Under the pieces are notes generated by a model. It saw only the letters and a list, made by a program, of their open reading frames with translations, searched no databases and had not been told where the DNA came from. This document shows, in pieces, positions 7,140 to 16,804 of a DNA stretch of 64,000 nucleotides. The stretch is from contig JAJYWE010000001.1 in NCBI GenBank assembly GCA_021791675.1, positions 79,526 through 143,525 on the forward strand, written 5' to 3'. The translations under genes and the position numbers were made by a program. Each line of letters begins with the position of its first letter. Position 1 is the stretch's first letter. The DNA comes from Actinomycetes bacterium (GTDB lineage: Bacteria; Actinomycetota; Acidimicrobiia; Acidimicrobiales; JAKAOS01).

Positions 7140-9347
7140 ATGCCTGCAACACCGGCCCAGCAGGGGGACGCGCTCCCCGGCGCCGAGCCTCCCGGAGGCG
7201 CCCAGTCGCCCCGATCCTCGCCGGCGGGCAACACCCCGGGCGCTGGCGCTCGTGGCGCACACCCGGTTGCGCGGGCACTCGTCGGGAGGGCCGGTGCCTG
7301 GTCGCTCCTCGTCCTCTGGGTGATCCTCGCCGGCGTCGGCGGGATGCTCGCCGGAAAGCTGACCGGTGCCGAACGCAACAACCAGGCGAGCTTCCTCCCG
7401 AAGAGCGCGCCCTCGACCCGGGCGGCAGTTCTCGACGCGCGCTTCCCTGGTGCCGAGGTCATCCCGGCGGTCGTGGTCTACGCGGCGCCCGGGTCGGCTG
7501 GGCCGGCAGACCGGGCACTGGTCGAGCACGCTCGCGGCGAGGTGGTCGCCCTGCCGCTCGCCGCGAGCGGGCACCCGAGCCCGGTTGTCGTGAGCCCGAA
7601 CGGTCGGGTCCTCACGTTCTCCGTCCCGATCTCGGCGACCGCAAGTTTCTCCACCATCAGCTCGGATGTCGGGGCGATCCGCGGGGTCGTCGGGAGTGGG
7701 TCAGGGGGGCTGACCGCGGCGGTCACTGGACCGGCAGCATCCGACACGGACCTGGTCAACGTGTTCGCGAACATCGATACGAAGCTGTTGCTCGCGACGG
7801 TGCTCCTCGTCGCGGTCCTGCTCGTCCTCATCTACCGGAGCCCCTTCCTCTGGCTGGTCCCCCTGGCCGTCGTCGGCATCGCGGCCGCGGTCTCCCAGGC
7901 AGCGGTCTACGCCCTCGCCCGTGCCGGGTTCACGGTCAACGGGGAGACCGTCGGCATCCTCACGGTCCTCGTGTTCGGTGCCGGGACGGACTACGCGCTC
8001 CTGCTGATCGCGCGCTACCGCGAGGAGCTGTCTCGCCACGCCGATCACCGCGACGCGCTTGCGTTCGCCCTGAGCAGAGCGGAGCCCTCGATCCTCACCT
8101 CGGCGGGTACGGTCATCGTGGCCCTGCTCTGCCTCAGCCTCGCAGAGCGTTCGGACGTTGCGGCGCTCGGGCCCGTCTCGGCTGCGGGCATCGCGTGTGC
8201 CCTCCTCGCGATGGTGAGTCTTCTTCCCGCCCTCCTGGCGGTCCTCGGGCGTCGGGTCTTCTGGCCGTTCGTCCCGGCACCCGACCGCCCCGCCCGAGAG
8301 CGCGAGAGCCCCTGGGCCCGCCTCGCCGGTTGGCTTCCGTCGCGGCGCCGTCTCGTCTGGGTGGCCGGCGTCGTCGTCCTCGCCGGCCTGGCCGTTGGTA
8401 CCGTCGATCTCCGGCCGGGCCAGGTCGCACACGGTGGACTGCTCGGCAACCCCGGCTCCGTCCAGGGCCAGACCCTGCTCGCCCTGGGGTTCCCGCCCGG
8501 GGCGACGGCACCCGCCTCCGTCGTGGGTCCCGCGTCCGAGGCCCGGGCGGCGCGGCTCGCGACCATCGGGCTCCCGGGCGTCGCCGCAGTGGGACCGGCC
8601 GAGCAGGCTGGCGACCTCGCTCGCTTCTCCGTGACCCTGGACGCCAGCCCGGCCTCCGGCCCGGCCCAGTCGACGGTCGTCGCGCTCCGGGACCGGCTCG
8701 CGCGCGCCGCACCGGCGATGCTCGTCGGCGGGGAGACCGCGACGAAGGTCGACCTCCGGGCGGCGTCGGATCATGATCTCCGACTGCTGGTGCCGCTGAT
8801 CCTGGTCGTCGTCCTCGTCGGGCTCGGGCTCCTGCTCCGCGCCGTCGTGGCCCCGCTGGTACTCACGGCGAGCGTCGTGCTGTCGTTCCTGGCGGCCCTC
8901 GGCGTCTCCTCGCTCGTGTTCGTGCACCTGCTCGGCTTCGGGGGGAGCAACTCCTCCCTCCCGATCCTCGGGTTCTTGTTCCTCGTCGCGCTCGGGGTCG
9001 ACTACACGGTGTTCCTGATGGCGCGCGTGCGCGAGGAGGCCGCTCGGGGGACCACGGCGCAGGCGGTCCAGGTCGGCCTCGCGGCCACCGGCGCAGTGAT
9101 CACCTCTGCCGGGGTCGTGCTCGCCGGGACCTTCGCCGTGCTCGGGATCCTGCCGCTCGTGGAGCTCGCGGAGCTGGGCTTCCTCGTCGCCTTCGGGGTC
9201 CTGCTCGACACCTTCGTGGTGCGCTCGCTCGTCGTGCCTGCGCTCGCGATGGACCTCGGTGACCGCCTCTGGTGGCCCAACCACCCCCGGTCGGACGGTG
9301 CACGCCGGGGCGCGAACCGAGCGCCAACCGCCCACGGGCGGGGGTGA
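7140..9347 (+). CDS. MMPL family RND-type membrane transporter
   Basis: 735 aa with two blocks of about 6 TM helices. VLVFGAGTDYALLLIARYREEL and LVALGVDYTVFLMARVREE are the typical duplicated MMPL motifs. Confidence 0.9.
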   Translation: MPATPAQQGDALPGAEPPGGAQSPRSSPAGNTPGAGARGAHPVARALVGRAGAWSLLVLWVILAGVGGMLAGKLTGAERNNQASFLPKSAPSTRAAVLDARFPGAEVIPAVVVYAAPGSAGPADRALVEHARGEVVALPLAASGHPSPVVVSPNGRVLTFSVPISATASFSTISSDVGAIRGVVGSGSGGLTAAVTGPAASDTDLVNVFANIDTKLLLATVLLVAVLLVLIYRSPFLWLVPLAVVGIAAAVSQAAVYALARAGFTVNGETVGILTVLVFGAGTDYALLLIARYREELSRHADHRDALAFALSRAEPSILTSAGTVIVALLCLSLAERSDVAALGPVSAAGIACALLAMVSLLPALLAVLGRRVFWPFVPAPDRPARERESPWARLAGWLPSRRRLVWVAGVVVLAGLAVGTVDLRPGQVAHGGLLGNPGSVQGQTLLALGFPPGATAPASVVGPASEARAARLATIGLPGVAAVGPAEQAGDLARFSVTLDASPASGPAQSTVVALRDRLARAAPAMLVGGETATKVDLRAASDHDLRLLVPLILVVVLVGLGLLLRAVVAPLVLTASVVLSFLAALGVSSLVFVHLLGFGGSNSSLPILGFLFLVALGVDYTVFLMARVREEAARGTTAQAVQVGLAATGAVITSAGVVLAGTFAVLGILPLVELAELGFLVAFGVLLDTFVVRSLVVPALAMDLGDRLWWPNHPRSDGARRGANRAPTAHGRG

Positions 9348-9374
9348 GCCTGGCCGCGCGGCCCCGCCTCGGGC

Positions 9375-10538
9375 TCAGACCACGGGAGGAACGCGAGCCG
9401 GGCGCTCGCCATCCATGCGCTCGCCCGCCAGGCGGAGGCGATCCATGGGCTGCACCGCGGCGAGCCTGACCCAGCCCGGTGCCGCCTCGTAGAGCTCACC
9501 CGGGCTCGCGAGGATCCCCGCCGAGCGCGCCAGCTCCTCGGCGAGGTCCCACCCCGTGACGCGAGCCGCTCGTTCGCCGTCCTTCGTCGCCCAGACGTAG
9601 AAAGCGCCGTCCGGGAGCGAGCAGCGGTAGCCGTGGGAAGCCAGGAGGGAGACGAGGAACTCGAGCCGCTCCAGATAGCGCGCACGCTGGAGCTCGACGT
9701 GCGCGTCGTCCTCGAGTGCAGCCACCATCGCCGCCTGTACCGGACCGGGAACCATGAAGCCCGCGTGCTTGCGGAGCTCGGAGAGGTAGGCGACCAGGTC
9801 TTCGTCCCCGGCATAGAACCCGGCCCGCAGCCCCGCCATGTTCGAGCGCTTCGAGAGCGAGTGGACCGCGAGCACGCCCCTCGTGCCGTCCCGGAGCGCC
9901 GTCGCCGGCTCGCCGGTCCAGACGAACTCGGCGTAGCACTCGTCGCTCGCCACGAGCACCCCCCGCGCCCGTGCCTCGGCGACCACCCGGTCGAGGTCGT
10001 CGAGCCTGCCGGTCGGGTTCGCCGGGCTGTTGACCCAGAGCACCAGCGCACGCGCCCAGAGCTCCTCCGGGAGAGCCGCCAGGTCCGACGTACCGTCGCT
10101 GCGGGCAGGAACCGGCACCGCCTGCGCGCCGGCGAGCGTCGCACCCATCGCATAGCTCGGGTAGGCGACCGCCGGGTGGAGCACGACGTCTCGCTGGGGC
10201 CAGCGCAGTCGCAGCCAGGTCGGCAGCCCCGCGACCAGCTCTTTGGTCCCGACGCAGGTGGCGACCGCACGCTCGTCGACCTCGACGCCGAACCGGCGCG
10301 CCATCCAGCCCGCCGCAGCCCGGCGCAGCGCGGGCGTGCCGACCGAAGGCGGGTACCCCCGCGCCGCTACGGGGTCCGCGAGCGCGGCCATCACCGCCTC
10401 GGGGGGGGAGTCACAGGGCGTTCCGACGGAGAGGTCCACGACGCCGCCGTCGTGGGCTGTTGCGAGTGCCCGCAGGCCATCCAGCCGGTCGAAGGGGTAC
10501 GGGGGCGGAACGAACCCACCCGGAGCGGGCGCGCTCAC
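9375..10538 (-). CDS. dapC: N-succinyldiaminopimelate aminotransferase (class I PLP aminotransferase, DapC type)
   Basis: PYPFDRLDGLRALATAHDGGVVDLSVGTPCDSPP and SLSKRSNMAGLRAG (PLP-Lys) match the actinobacterial DapC pattern. GTG 10538 follows GGTGGAGG and forms a GTGA overlap with the hflX stop. Confidence 0.8.
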   Translation of the reverse strand: MSAPAPGGFVPPPYPFDRLDGLRALATAHDGGVVDLSVGTPCDSPPEAVMAALADPVAARGYPPSVGTPALRRAAAGWMARRFGVEVDERAVATCVGTKELVAGLPTWLRLRWPQRDVVLHPAVAYPSYAMGATLAGAQAVPVPARSDGTSDLAALPEELWARALVLWVNSPANPTGRLDDLDRVVAEARARGVLVASDECYAEFVWTGEPATALRDGTRGVLAVHSLSKRSNMAGLRAGFYAGDEDLVAYLSELRKHAGFMVPGPVQAAMVAALEDDAHVELQRARYLERLEFLVSLLASHGYRCSLPDGAFYVWATKDGERAARVTGWDLAEELARSAGILASPGELYEAAPGWVRLAAVQPMDRLRLAGERMDGERPARVPPVV

Positions 10539-11806
10539 GCCTCCACCACCCATGGACCGAAGCGGGCGGCCGACGGGCCGTCGAGACGGGCCCGGACCCG
10601 GACGAGCTCCTCCTCGTAGGCCTCGGAGAGCACCTCGCCCTCTCGATGGAGCGCAGCGAGGACGTCACCCCGGTCGTAGGGGACACCGAGCTCGATCACC
10701 GCTGCGCGCGCCCTGAGCATGTCCGCCATCGCGACGAGCAGGCTGTCGACCCCCGCGCCCGTAGCGGCCGAGATCGCGACGGCGCCGGGGTGGACAGCGA
10801 GGAGCGCTGGCAGCGCGCCCGGTGCCCGGTCCACCTTGTTCAGGGCGATCAGCTCCGGAACCCGCTCCGCGCCGATCTCGGCAAGGACGTCACGCACGGC
10901 CCGCACCTGCCCCTCCGGGTCGGCTGCCGACGCATCGACGACGTGGACCAACAGGTCGGACTCCGCGACGACCTCGAGCGTCGAGGAGAAGGCCTCGACG
11001 AGCTGGTGGGGCAGCTTGCGGACGAAACCGACCGTGTCGGAGCAGAGGACCACCTCGCCACCCGGCAGGGCGAGGCGGCGGGTGCGGGGGTCCAGCGTGG
11101 CGAAGAGCCGGTTCTCGACGCCGACGCCGGCATCCGTGAGCCGGTTGAGCAGCGTCGACTTGCCGGCATTGGTGTAGCCGACCAGGGAGACCGTTGCCTG
11201 CCGGCTGCGCTGGCGGGCCCGTCGCTGCACGTGGCGTCGCTGGCGGAGCTGGCGGAGGTCGGCTTGGAGGCGCGTGATCCTGGCCTGGATCCGGCGGCGG
11301 TCCACTTCGAGCTGGGTCTCACCGGGACCTCGCGTGCCGATCTGGCCGGCTTGCTGGGAGAGCGAGCGGCCCCGACCACGAAGTCGCGGCAACCGGTACT
11401 GGAGGAGCGCGAGCTCGACCTGGGCACGGCCCTCCGGCGTCCGGGCGTTCTGGGCGAAGATGTCGAGGATCACCGCGGTGCGGTCGATCGCCGTGCGCCC
11501 GAGCAGCTTCTCGAGGTTGCGCTGCTGGGCGGGACTGAGCTCGTCGTCGAAGACCACGGTGTCGGCGTCCACGGACTCCGAGAGCTCGTGCAGCTCGGCC
11601 GCCTTGCCACGCCCGATGAAGGTGGCGGGGTCGGGGCGCTCGCGACGCTGGAGGACCCGAGCGGCCTCGTCGGCGCCGGCGGTGTCCACGAGCTGGCTGA
11701 GCTCGTCGAGCCCGGCCTCCGCCTCGTCCAGGCTCACCGGGGGGATCGCCACCCCGACGAGCACCAGACGCTCTCGGACCTGACGGTCGATCAGGCTCAC
11801 GCGCAC
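10535..11806 (-). CDS. hflX: GTPase HflX
   Basis: HflX N-domain (GRGKAAELHEL, LSPAQQRNLEKLLG) followed by G-domain motifs GYTNAGKSTLLNRL, DTVGF and NKVD. Confidence 0.93.
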   Translation of the reverse strand: MRVSLIDRQVRERLVLVGVAIPPVSLDEAEAGLDELSQLVDTAGADEAARVLQRRERPDPATFIGRGKAAELHELSESVDADTVVFDDELSPAQQRNLEKLLGRTAIDRTAVILDIFAQNARTPEGRAQVELALLQYRLPRLRGRGRSLSQQAGQIGTRGPGETQLEVDRRRIQARITRLQADLRQLRQRRHVQRRARQRSRQATVSLVGYTNAGKSTLLNRLTDAGVGVENRLFATLDPRTRRLALPGGEVVLCSDTVGFVRKLPHQLVEAFSSTLEVVAESDLLVHVVDASAADPEGQVRAVRDVLAEIGAERVPELIALNKVDRAPGALPALLAVHPGAVAISAATGAGVDSLLVAMADMLRARAAVIELGVPYDRGDVLAALHREGEVLSEAYEEELVRVRARLDGPSAARFGPWVVEA

Positions 11807-12708
11807 CCCCCGACTCGGGCCGTCTCGGCGTCCCCGAGGAGGGACCGGAGATCGTGCCCGGGCTCGAGGCGCCCGACGTAGTGGGCGTCGCCGACCAGGC
11901 GCGCCCCGGCCGGCGCGAGCGCAACCTCGAGCGGCCCGCCCGGGTTCCAGACGGTGAGCCGCTCGCCGACGACGCCCCAGGCGCGTGCCACGGCGGCGGC
12001 GGCGACCGAGCCAGTGCCACAGGCCGCCGTCTCACCCACCCCACGCTCCCACACGCGCAGCTGCAGCCCCCCGTCGGGGCGAGGGGCGATCCACTCGATG
12101 TTCTGCCCCCCCGGGCGCGCCGCCTCGAGTGGCGGGCCGAGCCGGGCAAGGTCGAGCGCTTCGAGCTCGCCAGCGTCCGGGACGAGCACGACGAGGTGCG
12201 GGTTCCCGACGAGCGCAGGCCGAGCTGGCCAGGCCCCGCCAAGGGCCGGCCCACCGGCACACTCGCCGAGCGGGAGTTCCAGCGTGACCGCCCCCATCTC
12301 CACCTCGACCCAGTCGACGTCGACGCCATCGGGCCGGCCGGCCTCGGCCGACCGGTTCTCGGTGGCCGGGAGGAGCCGGAGCGTGCGTGGCCCGGCCCCG
12401 GTCTCGACCACGAGAGCCCCGGGCTCGGCCCAGCCGGCACGCACCAGGGCTTGGGCGAAGCAGCGGATCCCGTTCCCGCTCATCTCGGCCCGCGACCCGT
12501 CGGCGTTCCAGAGCTCCATGCGCGCCACGAGGCCGGGACGCGGGCTCGGCGTCGCGCGGAGCAACCCGTCCGCCCCGAAGCCGCGGCGCCGGTCGCAGAG
12601 CAGGCGCGCGACGCGGGCGTCGAAGCTCCCGGCCGGCGAGTCATCACAGACGACCAGGAAGTCGTTGCCGGCACCGTGGTGCTTGGTGAGAAGCGGGGCG
12701 GAGCTCAC
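11797..12708 (-). CDS. dapF: diaminopimelate epimerase
   Basis: LTKHHGAGNDFLVV N-terminus plus the two catalytic Cys contexts (MSGNGIRCF, ETAACGTGS). GTG 12708 forms a GTGA overlap with the miaA stop. Confidence 0.9.
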   Translation of the reverse strand: MSSAPLLTKHHGAGNDFLVVCDDSPAGSFDARVARLLCDRRRGFGADGLLRATPSPRPGLVARMELWNADGSRAEMSGNGIRCFAQALVRAGWAEPGALVVETGAGPRTLRLLPATENRSAEAGRPDGVDVDWVEVEMGAVTLELPLGECAGGPALGGAWPARPALVGNPHLVVLVPDAGELEALDLARLGPPLEAARPGGQNIEWIAPRPDGGLQLRVWERGVGETAACGTGSVAAAAVARAWGVVGERLTVWNPGGPLEVALAPAGARLVGDAHYVGRLEPGHDLRSLLGDAETARVGGCA

Positions 12709-13775
12709 GTCGGGGAGTCTTCCAGGAACGCGAGCACCTCGGGTAGTGGATTTTCGGCTGCCACCCACCGGATCCGGGGATCTCGGCGAAACCAGCGGCG
12801 CTGGCGGCGAGCGAGTGCGAGCGTCCGCCGGACGATCTCGGCTCGTGCCTCCTCGAGCGAGCACGCACCCCGCAGGTGGGCGGCGAGCTCGGCGTAGCCG
12901 AGTGCCTGGCCGGCAGTCTGCGACAGGCCCGCCGGCCGGGCGAGCAGACGCGCCACCTCGTCGAGCCACCCCGCGTCGAGCTGCGCGGCGAGGCGGCTAC
13001 GCACGCGCCGTTCGAGCAGTTCGCCCGGGAGGTCCACGCCGACCAGGACCGTGGGCACCTCGGGGTAGGTCCCGAGCCCCGGTCCGTAGCTCGAGAACGG
13101 CCGCCCGCTCCCGATCGTCACCTCGAGCGCCCGGACGAGACGGCGGCGGTTGCCCGGCAGCATCCGCCCGGCGCTCACCGGGTCGAGCGCCAGGAGGCGC
13201 TCGTAGAGCGAGGCGAGCCCACCAGCGGCGTCCGCTTCCGCCTCGAGCGCCGCCGCGACCGCAGGGAAGCGCCCCGGGAGCGTCAGCCCATCCACCGCAG
13301 CGCGCACGTAGAGGCCGGTGCCTCCGACCACCACCGCGGCATGACCGGCTGCAGCGATCTCGTTGCGCGCGCGAACCACTCGGTGCTGGTAGTCCGCGAC
13401 GGAGAAGGCCACGTCTGGCTCGACGATGTCCAGGAGGTGGTAGGGCAGGACTGCCCGCTCCGTTGCGGTCGGCTTGGCCGTGCCGATGTCGAGACCGCGG
13501 TAGACGGCCATCGCGTCCGCCGAGATCGCCTCGAGCCCACCGAAGCGGGCTGGCCAGGCACTCGACGCGAGCTCGAGCACGAGCGCGGACTTCCCGACAC
13601 CCGTCGGTCCGACGACCGCGAGCACCGGGGGTGGCGGCGCGCCCTGCGGTGACCAGGCCCGCAGGGCGACCAGTTCGCCGCTCCGTCCCGGGTCGCCGCT
13701 CCCTCCGCGAGGGCGCAACCCGACGGGGCCGGCCTCCCCCGCACGGCGTCCCGGAGCGTGGGGCGGCGCCCTCAC
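12705..13775 (-). CDS. miaA: tRNA dimethylallyltransferase
   Basis: P-loop VVGPTGVGKSALVLELA, then DIGTAKP and HLLD motifs. The start is either GTG 13775 (GTGA overlap with miaB) or GTG 13625 just before the P-loop. Confidence 0.9.
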   Translation of the reverse strand: MRAPPHAPGRRAGEAGPVGLRPRGGSGDPGRSGELVALRAWSPQGAPPPPVLAVVGPTGVGKSALVLELASSAWPARFGGLEAISADAMAVYRGLDIGTAKPTATERAVLPYHLLDIVEPDVAFSVADYQHRVVRARNEIAAAGHAAVVVGGTGLYVRAAVDGLTLPGRFPAVAAALEAEADAAGGLASLYERLLALDPVSAGRMLPGNRRRLVRALEVTIGSGRPFSSYGPGLGTYPEVPTVLVGVDLPGELLERRVRSRLAAQLDAGWLDEVARLLARPAGLSQTAGQALGYAELAAHLRGACSLEEARAEIVRRTLALARRQRRWFRRDPRIRWVAAENPLPEVLAFLEDSPT

Positions 13776-15268
13776 CGCCCGGCCATGACGGTCGGCGCTC
13801 GCGCAGCCACGAGCTCCCCCGCGAGGTGGTGCGCACCGGCCGCAGTGATCTCGGCCTCGACGAAGTCCCCGGCGCGAAGTGCGCCGGCGGGGAGCTGGAC
13901 GAGCTTGCCCTGGCGGGTGCGCGCCGCGACCAGGCCCGGGTCCCGCGGGTGGGGACCCTCGACCAGCACCTCTTCTCGTCGCCCGACCCGCTCCCTGTGC
14001 CGGGCGAGCGCCGCCCGCTCGACGACCACCAGGAGCCGCTCGAAACGCTCCTGGATCACCTCACGAGGGACGAAGTCGGAGACGGCCGAGGCCGCCCGCG
14101 TGCCGGGACGAGGTGAGAACTGGAAGGTGTACGCGCTGTCGTAACCAACCTCCGCCACGACCGCGAGCGTCGCCTCGAAGTCGTCCTCGGTCTCCCCCGG
14201 GAAACCCACGATGATGTCGGTCGTGACCGCGAGGTCGGGGATCGCTCGCCGTGCCGCACCCAGTCGCTCGAGGTAGCGGTCGGCGGAGTAGCCGCGGCGC
14301 ATCGCCGAGAGGATCCGGTCACTGCCCGACTGCAACGGCAGGTGGAGCTGCTCACAGACGGCGCTCGTCTCCGCCATCGCCTCGATCACGTCACCGCGGA
14401 GGTCCTTCGGATGCGGGCTCGTGAAGCGAACCCGCCGGATGCCCTCGACGGCGCCGACCTCGCGGAGCAGGTCCCCGAAGAGCGGCCGAGCGCGACGCCT
14501 CGGCGCGGCCGCCCAGCGGGCGCCGGTGACCGCGACGTCGTCCGCTGCCACCCCGGCGCGGCGTGCGACGGTGAGGTCCCGCCCGTAGGAGTTCACGTTC
14601 TGTCCGAGGAGCGTCACCTCGACCACGCCGTTCGCTGCGAGCGCCCGGACCTCGCTCAGAATCTCTCCGAGCGGGCGGCTCACCTCGGGCCCCCGCACTG
14701 CGGGGACGATGCAGAACGCGCAGGCGTTGTCGCAGCCGATCTGGATCGTGACGAAGGCGCTGTGGGCGGGCCGGCGGCCCGGGACACGACCGAGGACCAC
14801 GCCGACTCCCTCGCCACTCCGGACACCGTGTGCCCCATCCGGGGTGGCGGCCAGCGTCCGGCCCGCCGGCTCGTCGTCGCCGGGCCTGCCCACCGCGACG
14901 AGGGGACCCTCGCGGCGAGCTCGGTCGAGCAGCTCGGCGATCCGAGCGACGTTGAACGTCCCGGCGACGAGATCCACGTGCGGCGCTCGCTGGCGCAGGG
15001 CCTCACCGTCCTTCTGGGCGAGGCAGCCCGTGACGGCAATCTGGACGTCCGGGCGGCGCTGGCGGAGCCGACGGAGGTGTCCGAGCTGGCCGTAGAGCTT
15101 GTTGTCCGCGTTCTCACGAATGCAACAGCCGTTCAGCACGACCACGTCTGCATCCTCGAGCTGCACTGCGGGCACCATCCCGGCTGCGAGCAGCTCCGCC
15201 GTCATCTGCTCCGAGTCGTGCTCGTTCATCTGGCAGCCATAGGTGCGGACGAAGAACGACCTGCTCAC
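13772..15268 (-). CDS. miaB: tRNA-2-methylthio-N6-dimethylallyladenosine synthase (radical SAM methylthiotransferase)
   Basis: FFVRTYGCQMNEHDSE (UPF0004 domain), radical-SAM CDNACAFC, and a C-terminal TRAM domain. Confidence 0.93.
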   Translation of the reverse strand: MSRSFFVRTYGCQMNEHDSEQMTAELLAAGMVPAVQLEDADVVVLNGCCIRENADNKLYGQLGHLRRLRQRRPDVQIAVTGCLAQKDGEALRQRAPHVDLVAGTFNVARIAELLDRARREGPLVAVGRPGDDEPAGRTLAATPDGAHGVRSGEGVGVVLGRVPGRRPAHSAFVTIQIGCDNACAFCIVPAVRGPEVSRPLGEILSEVRALAANGVVEVTLLGQNVNSYGRDLTVARRAGVAADDVAVTGARWAAAPRRRARPLFGDLLREVGAVEGIRRVRFTSPHPKDLRGDVIEAMAETSAVCEQLHLPLQSGSDRILSAMRRGYSADRYLERLGAARRAIPDLAVTTDIIVGFPGETEDDFEATLAVVAEVGYDSAYTFQFSPRPGTRAASAVSDFVPREVIQERFERLLVVVERAALARHRERVGRREEVLVEGPHPRDPGLVAARTRQGKLVQLPAGALRAGDFVEAEITAAGAHHLAGELVAARAPTVMAGR

Positions 15269-15316
15269 CTGCGTCAGTCTAGGGAGCTCGCTCGCGAGCC
15301 CCGGGCTCGACGGCGC

Positions 15317-16804
15317 TCAGCCATTCGTCGGGAAGGCCAGGGAGCCTCCCCCTACCGACGCACCGGTCCAACGCGCGGTCACGGCCTTCGCCCGGGTCGC
15401 GAAGTGCACGCCCTCCATGCCATGGACGTGGGTGTCCCCGAAGAGCGACTGCTTCCAGCCGCCGAAGGAGTAGTACGCCATCGGCACCGGGATCGGGACG
15501 TTGATCCCGATCATCCCGACCTGGACCTCGTGCTGGAAGCGTCGCGCCGCGGCACCCGAGGAGGTGAAGATCGCGGTCCCGTTCCCGTAGGGGTTGGCGT
15601 TCACGAGCGCGATCGCCTCGTCGAGGTCCGCGGTACGCACGACGGAGAGCACCGGGCCGAAGATCTCCTCGTCGTAGACCGACATCCCGGGACGGACACG
15701 GTCGAGGAGGCTGGGCCGGAGCCAGAAGCCCCCGCCGGCCGGGAGATCCCGGCGACCGTCCACGACCACCGAAGCGCCCTCGGCCGAGGCGGCGTCGAGG
15801 AACCCGGCCACACGGTCCCGATGCGCCCCGGTCACGAGCGGACCCATCTCGGACGCCGGGTCCTCCCCGGGGCCGACACGGAGCGCTCGGGCCCTGTCCG
15901 CAACCTCGTCGACCAGCGCGTCGCCGACGCCTCCCACCGCGACCACGGCCGAGATCGCCATGCAGCGCTCTCCGGCAGAGCCGTACCCGGCGTTCACGGC
16001 CGCGGCGGCCGCTGCATCCGGGTCGGCGTCGGGCAGCACGACCATGTGGTTCTTCGCGCCACCGAGCGCCTGGGTCCGCTTGCCCGCCGACGTCGCGCGG
16101 GCGTAGACCGCCCGGGCCACCGGGGTCGAACCCACGAAGCTCACGGCGGCGACGTCGGGGTGGACCAGGAGGGCCTCCACTGCGACCCGGCTCCCGTGCA
16201 GGACGTTGAAGACCCCGGCAGGGAGGCCCGCTTCCTCCCAGAGCGACGCGAGCAGCATCGAGGCAGACGGATCCTTCTCCGACGGCTTGAGGACGAAGGT
16301 GTTGCCGCAGGCGATCGCGATCGGGAACATCCAGCAGGGCACCATCGCAGGGAAGTTGAACGGTGTGATCCCGACCATGACCCCGAGCGGCTGGCGAAGG
16401 GAGTAGGCGTCCACCCCGGTCGACACGTCCTCGGAGAACGAGCCCTTCAGCAGGTGCGGGATGCCGCACGCGAACTCGACCACCTCGAGCCCGCGCTCGA
16501 CCTCGCCGAGCGCATCGGCGAGCACCTTGCCGTGCTCTGCCGTGATCAGCCGGGCCAGCTCGAGCTTGCGCCGGGACAACAGCTCTCGGAAGGCGAACAG
16601 GATCCCGGTGCGCCGGGTGAGGGAGGTGCCCGCCCAACCCGGAAAGGCGCCAACCGCTGCGGCCACCGCCGCCTCCACCTCTGCGGCGCCACCGAGCGGG
16701 ACCTCGCGACGCTGCTCCCCGGTCGCCGGATCGAAGACCGGACCGACGCCTTCCGACGCGCCGTCGACCGCCTTGCCGTCGATCCAATGGGACAGACGCT
16801 CCAT
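15317..16804 (-). CDS. mmsA: CoA-acylating methylmalonate-semialdehyde dehydrogenase
   Basis: MERLSHWIDGKAV..., ITPFNFPAMVPCWMFPIAIACGNTFVLKPSEKDP and GERCMA catalytic Cys are the MmsA subfamily of aldehyde dehydrogenases. Its ATG overlaps the upstream stop (TGATG). Confidence 0.9.
   Translation of the reverse strand: MERLSHWIDGKAVDGASEGVGPVFDPATGEQRREVPLGGAAEVEAAVAAAVGAFPGWAGTSLTRRTGILFAFRELLSRRKLELARLITAEHGKVLADALGEVERGLEVVEFACGIPHLLKGSFSEDVSTGVDAYSLRQPLGVMVGITPFNFPAMVPCWMFPIAIACGNTFVLKPSEKDPSASMLLASLWEEAGLPAGVFNVLHGSRVAVEALLVHPDVAAVSFVGSTPVARAVYARATSAGKRTQALGGAKNHMVVLPDADPDAAAAAAVNAGYGSAGERCMAISAVVAVGGVGDALVDEVADRARALRVGPGEDPASEMGPLVTGAHRDRVAGFLDAASAEGASVVVDGRRDLPAGGGFWLRPSLLDRVRPGMSVYDEEIFGPVLSVVRTADLDEAIALVNANPYGNGTAIFTSSGAAARRFQHEVQVGMIGINVPIPVPMAYYSFGGWKQSLFGDTHVHGMEGVHFATRAKAVTARWTGASVGGGSLAFPTNG

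Noticed and set aside
7701-9335. 544-aa ORF antisense to the MMPL transporter.
   Set aside because: It has Glu/Asp/Arg/His/Gln-rich composition, which is the mirror image of the hydrophobic codons of a membrane protein on the other strand. It has no domain signature.
9352-9363. GGCCGCGCGGCC palindrome between the convergent MMPL and dapC genes. Similar short GC hairpins occur after lexA (3611-3626) and prx (3703-3722).
   Set aside because: These are short GC-only palindromes without U tracts, which are expected frequently by chance in DNA this GC-rich. They are plausible weak terminators but not individually supportable.
11954-14116. 720-aa plus-strand ORF, and similar ORFs (26602-29082, 44866-46605, 47323-49299, 49988-51814, 54999-57434, 56290-58515).
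   Set aside because: All are antisense or out-of-frame to strongly supported housekeeping genes (dapF/miaA/miaB, ftsK, nusA, GNAT/ispG, rseP, pyrH/tsf/rpsB). All encode Arg/Pro/Gly-rich low-complexity sequence.
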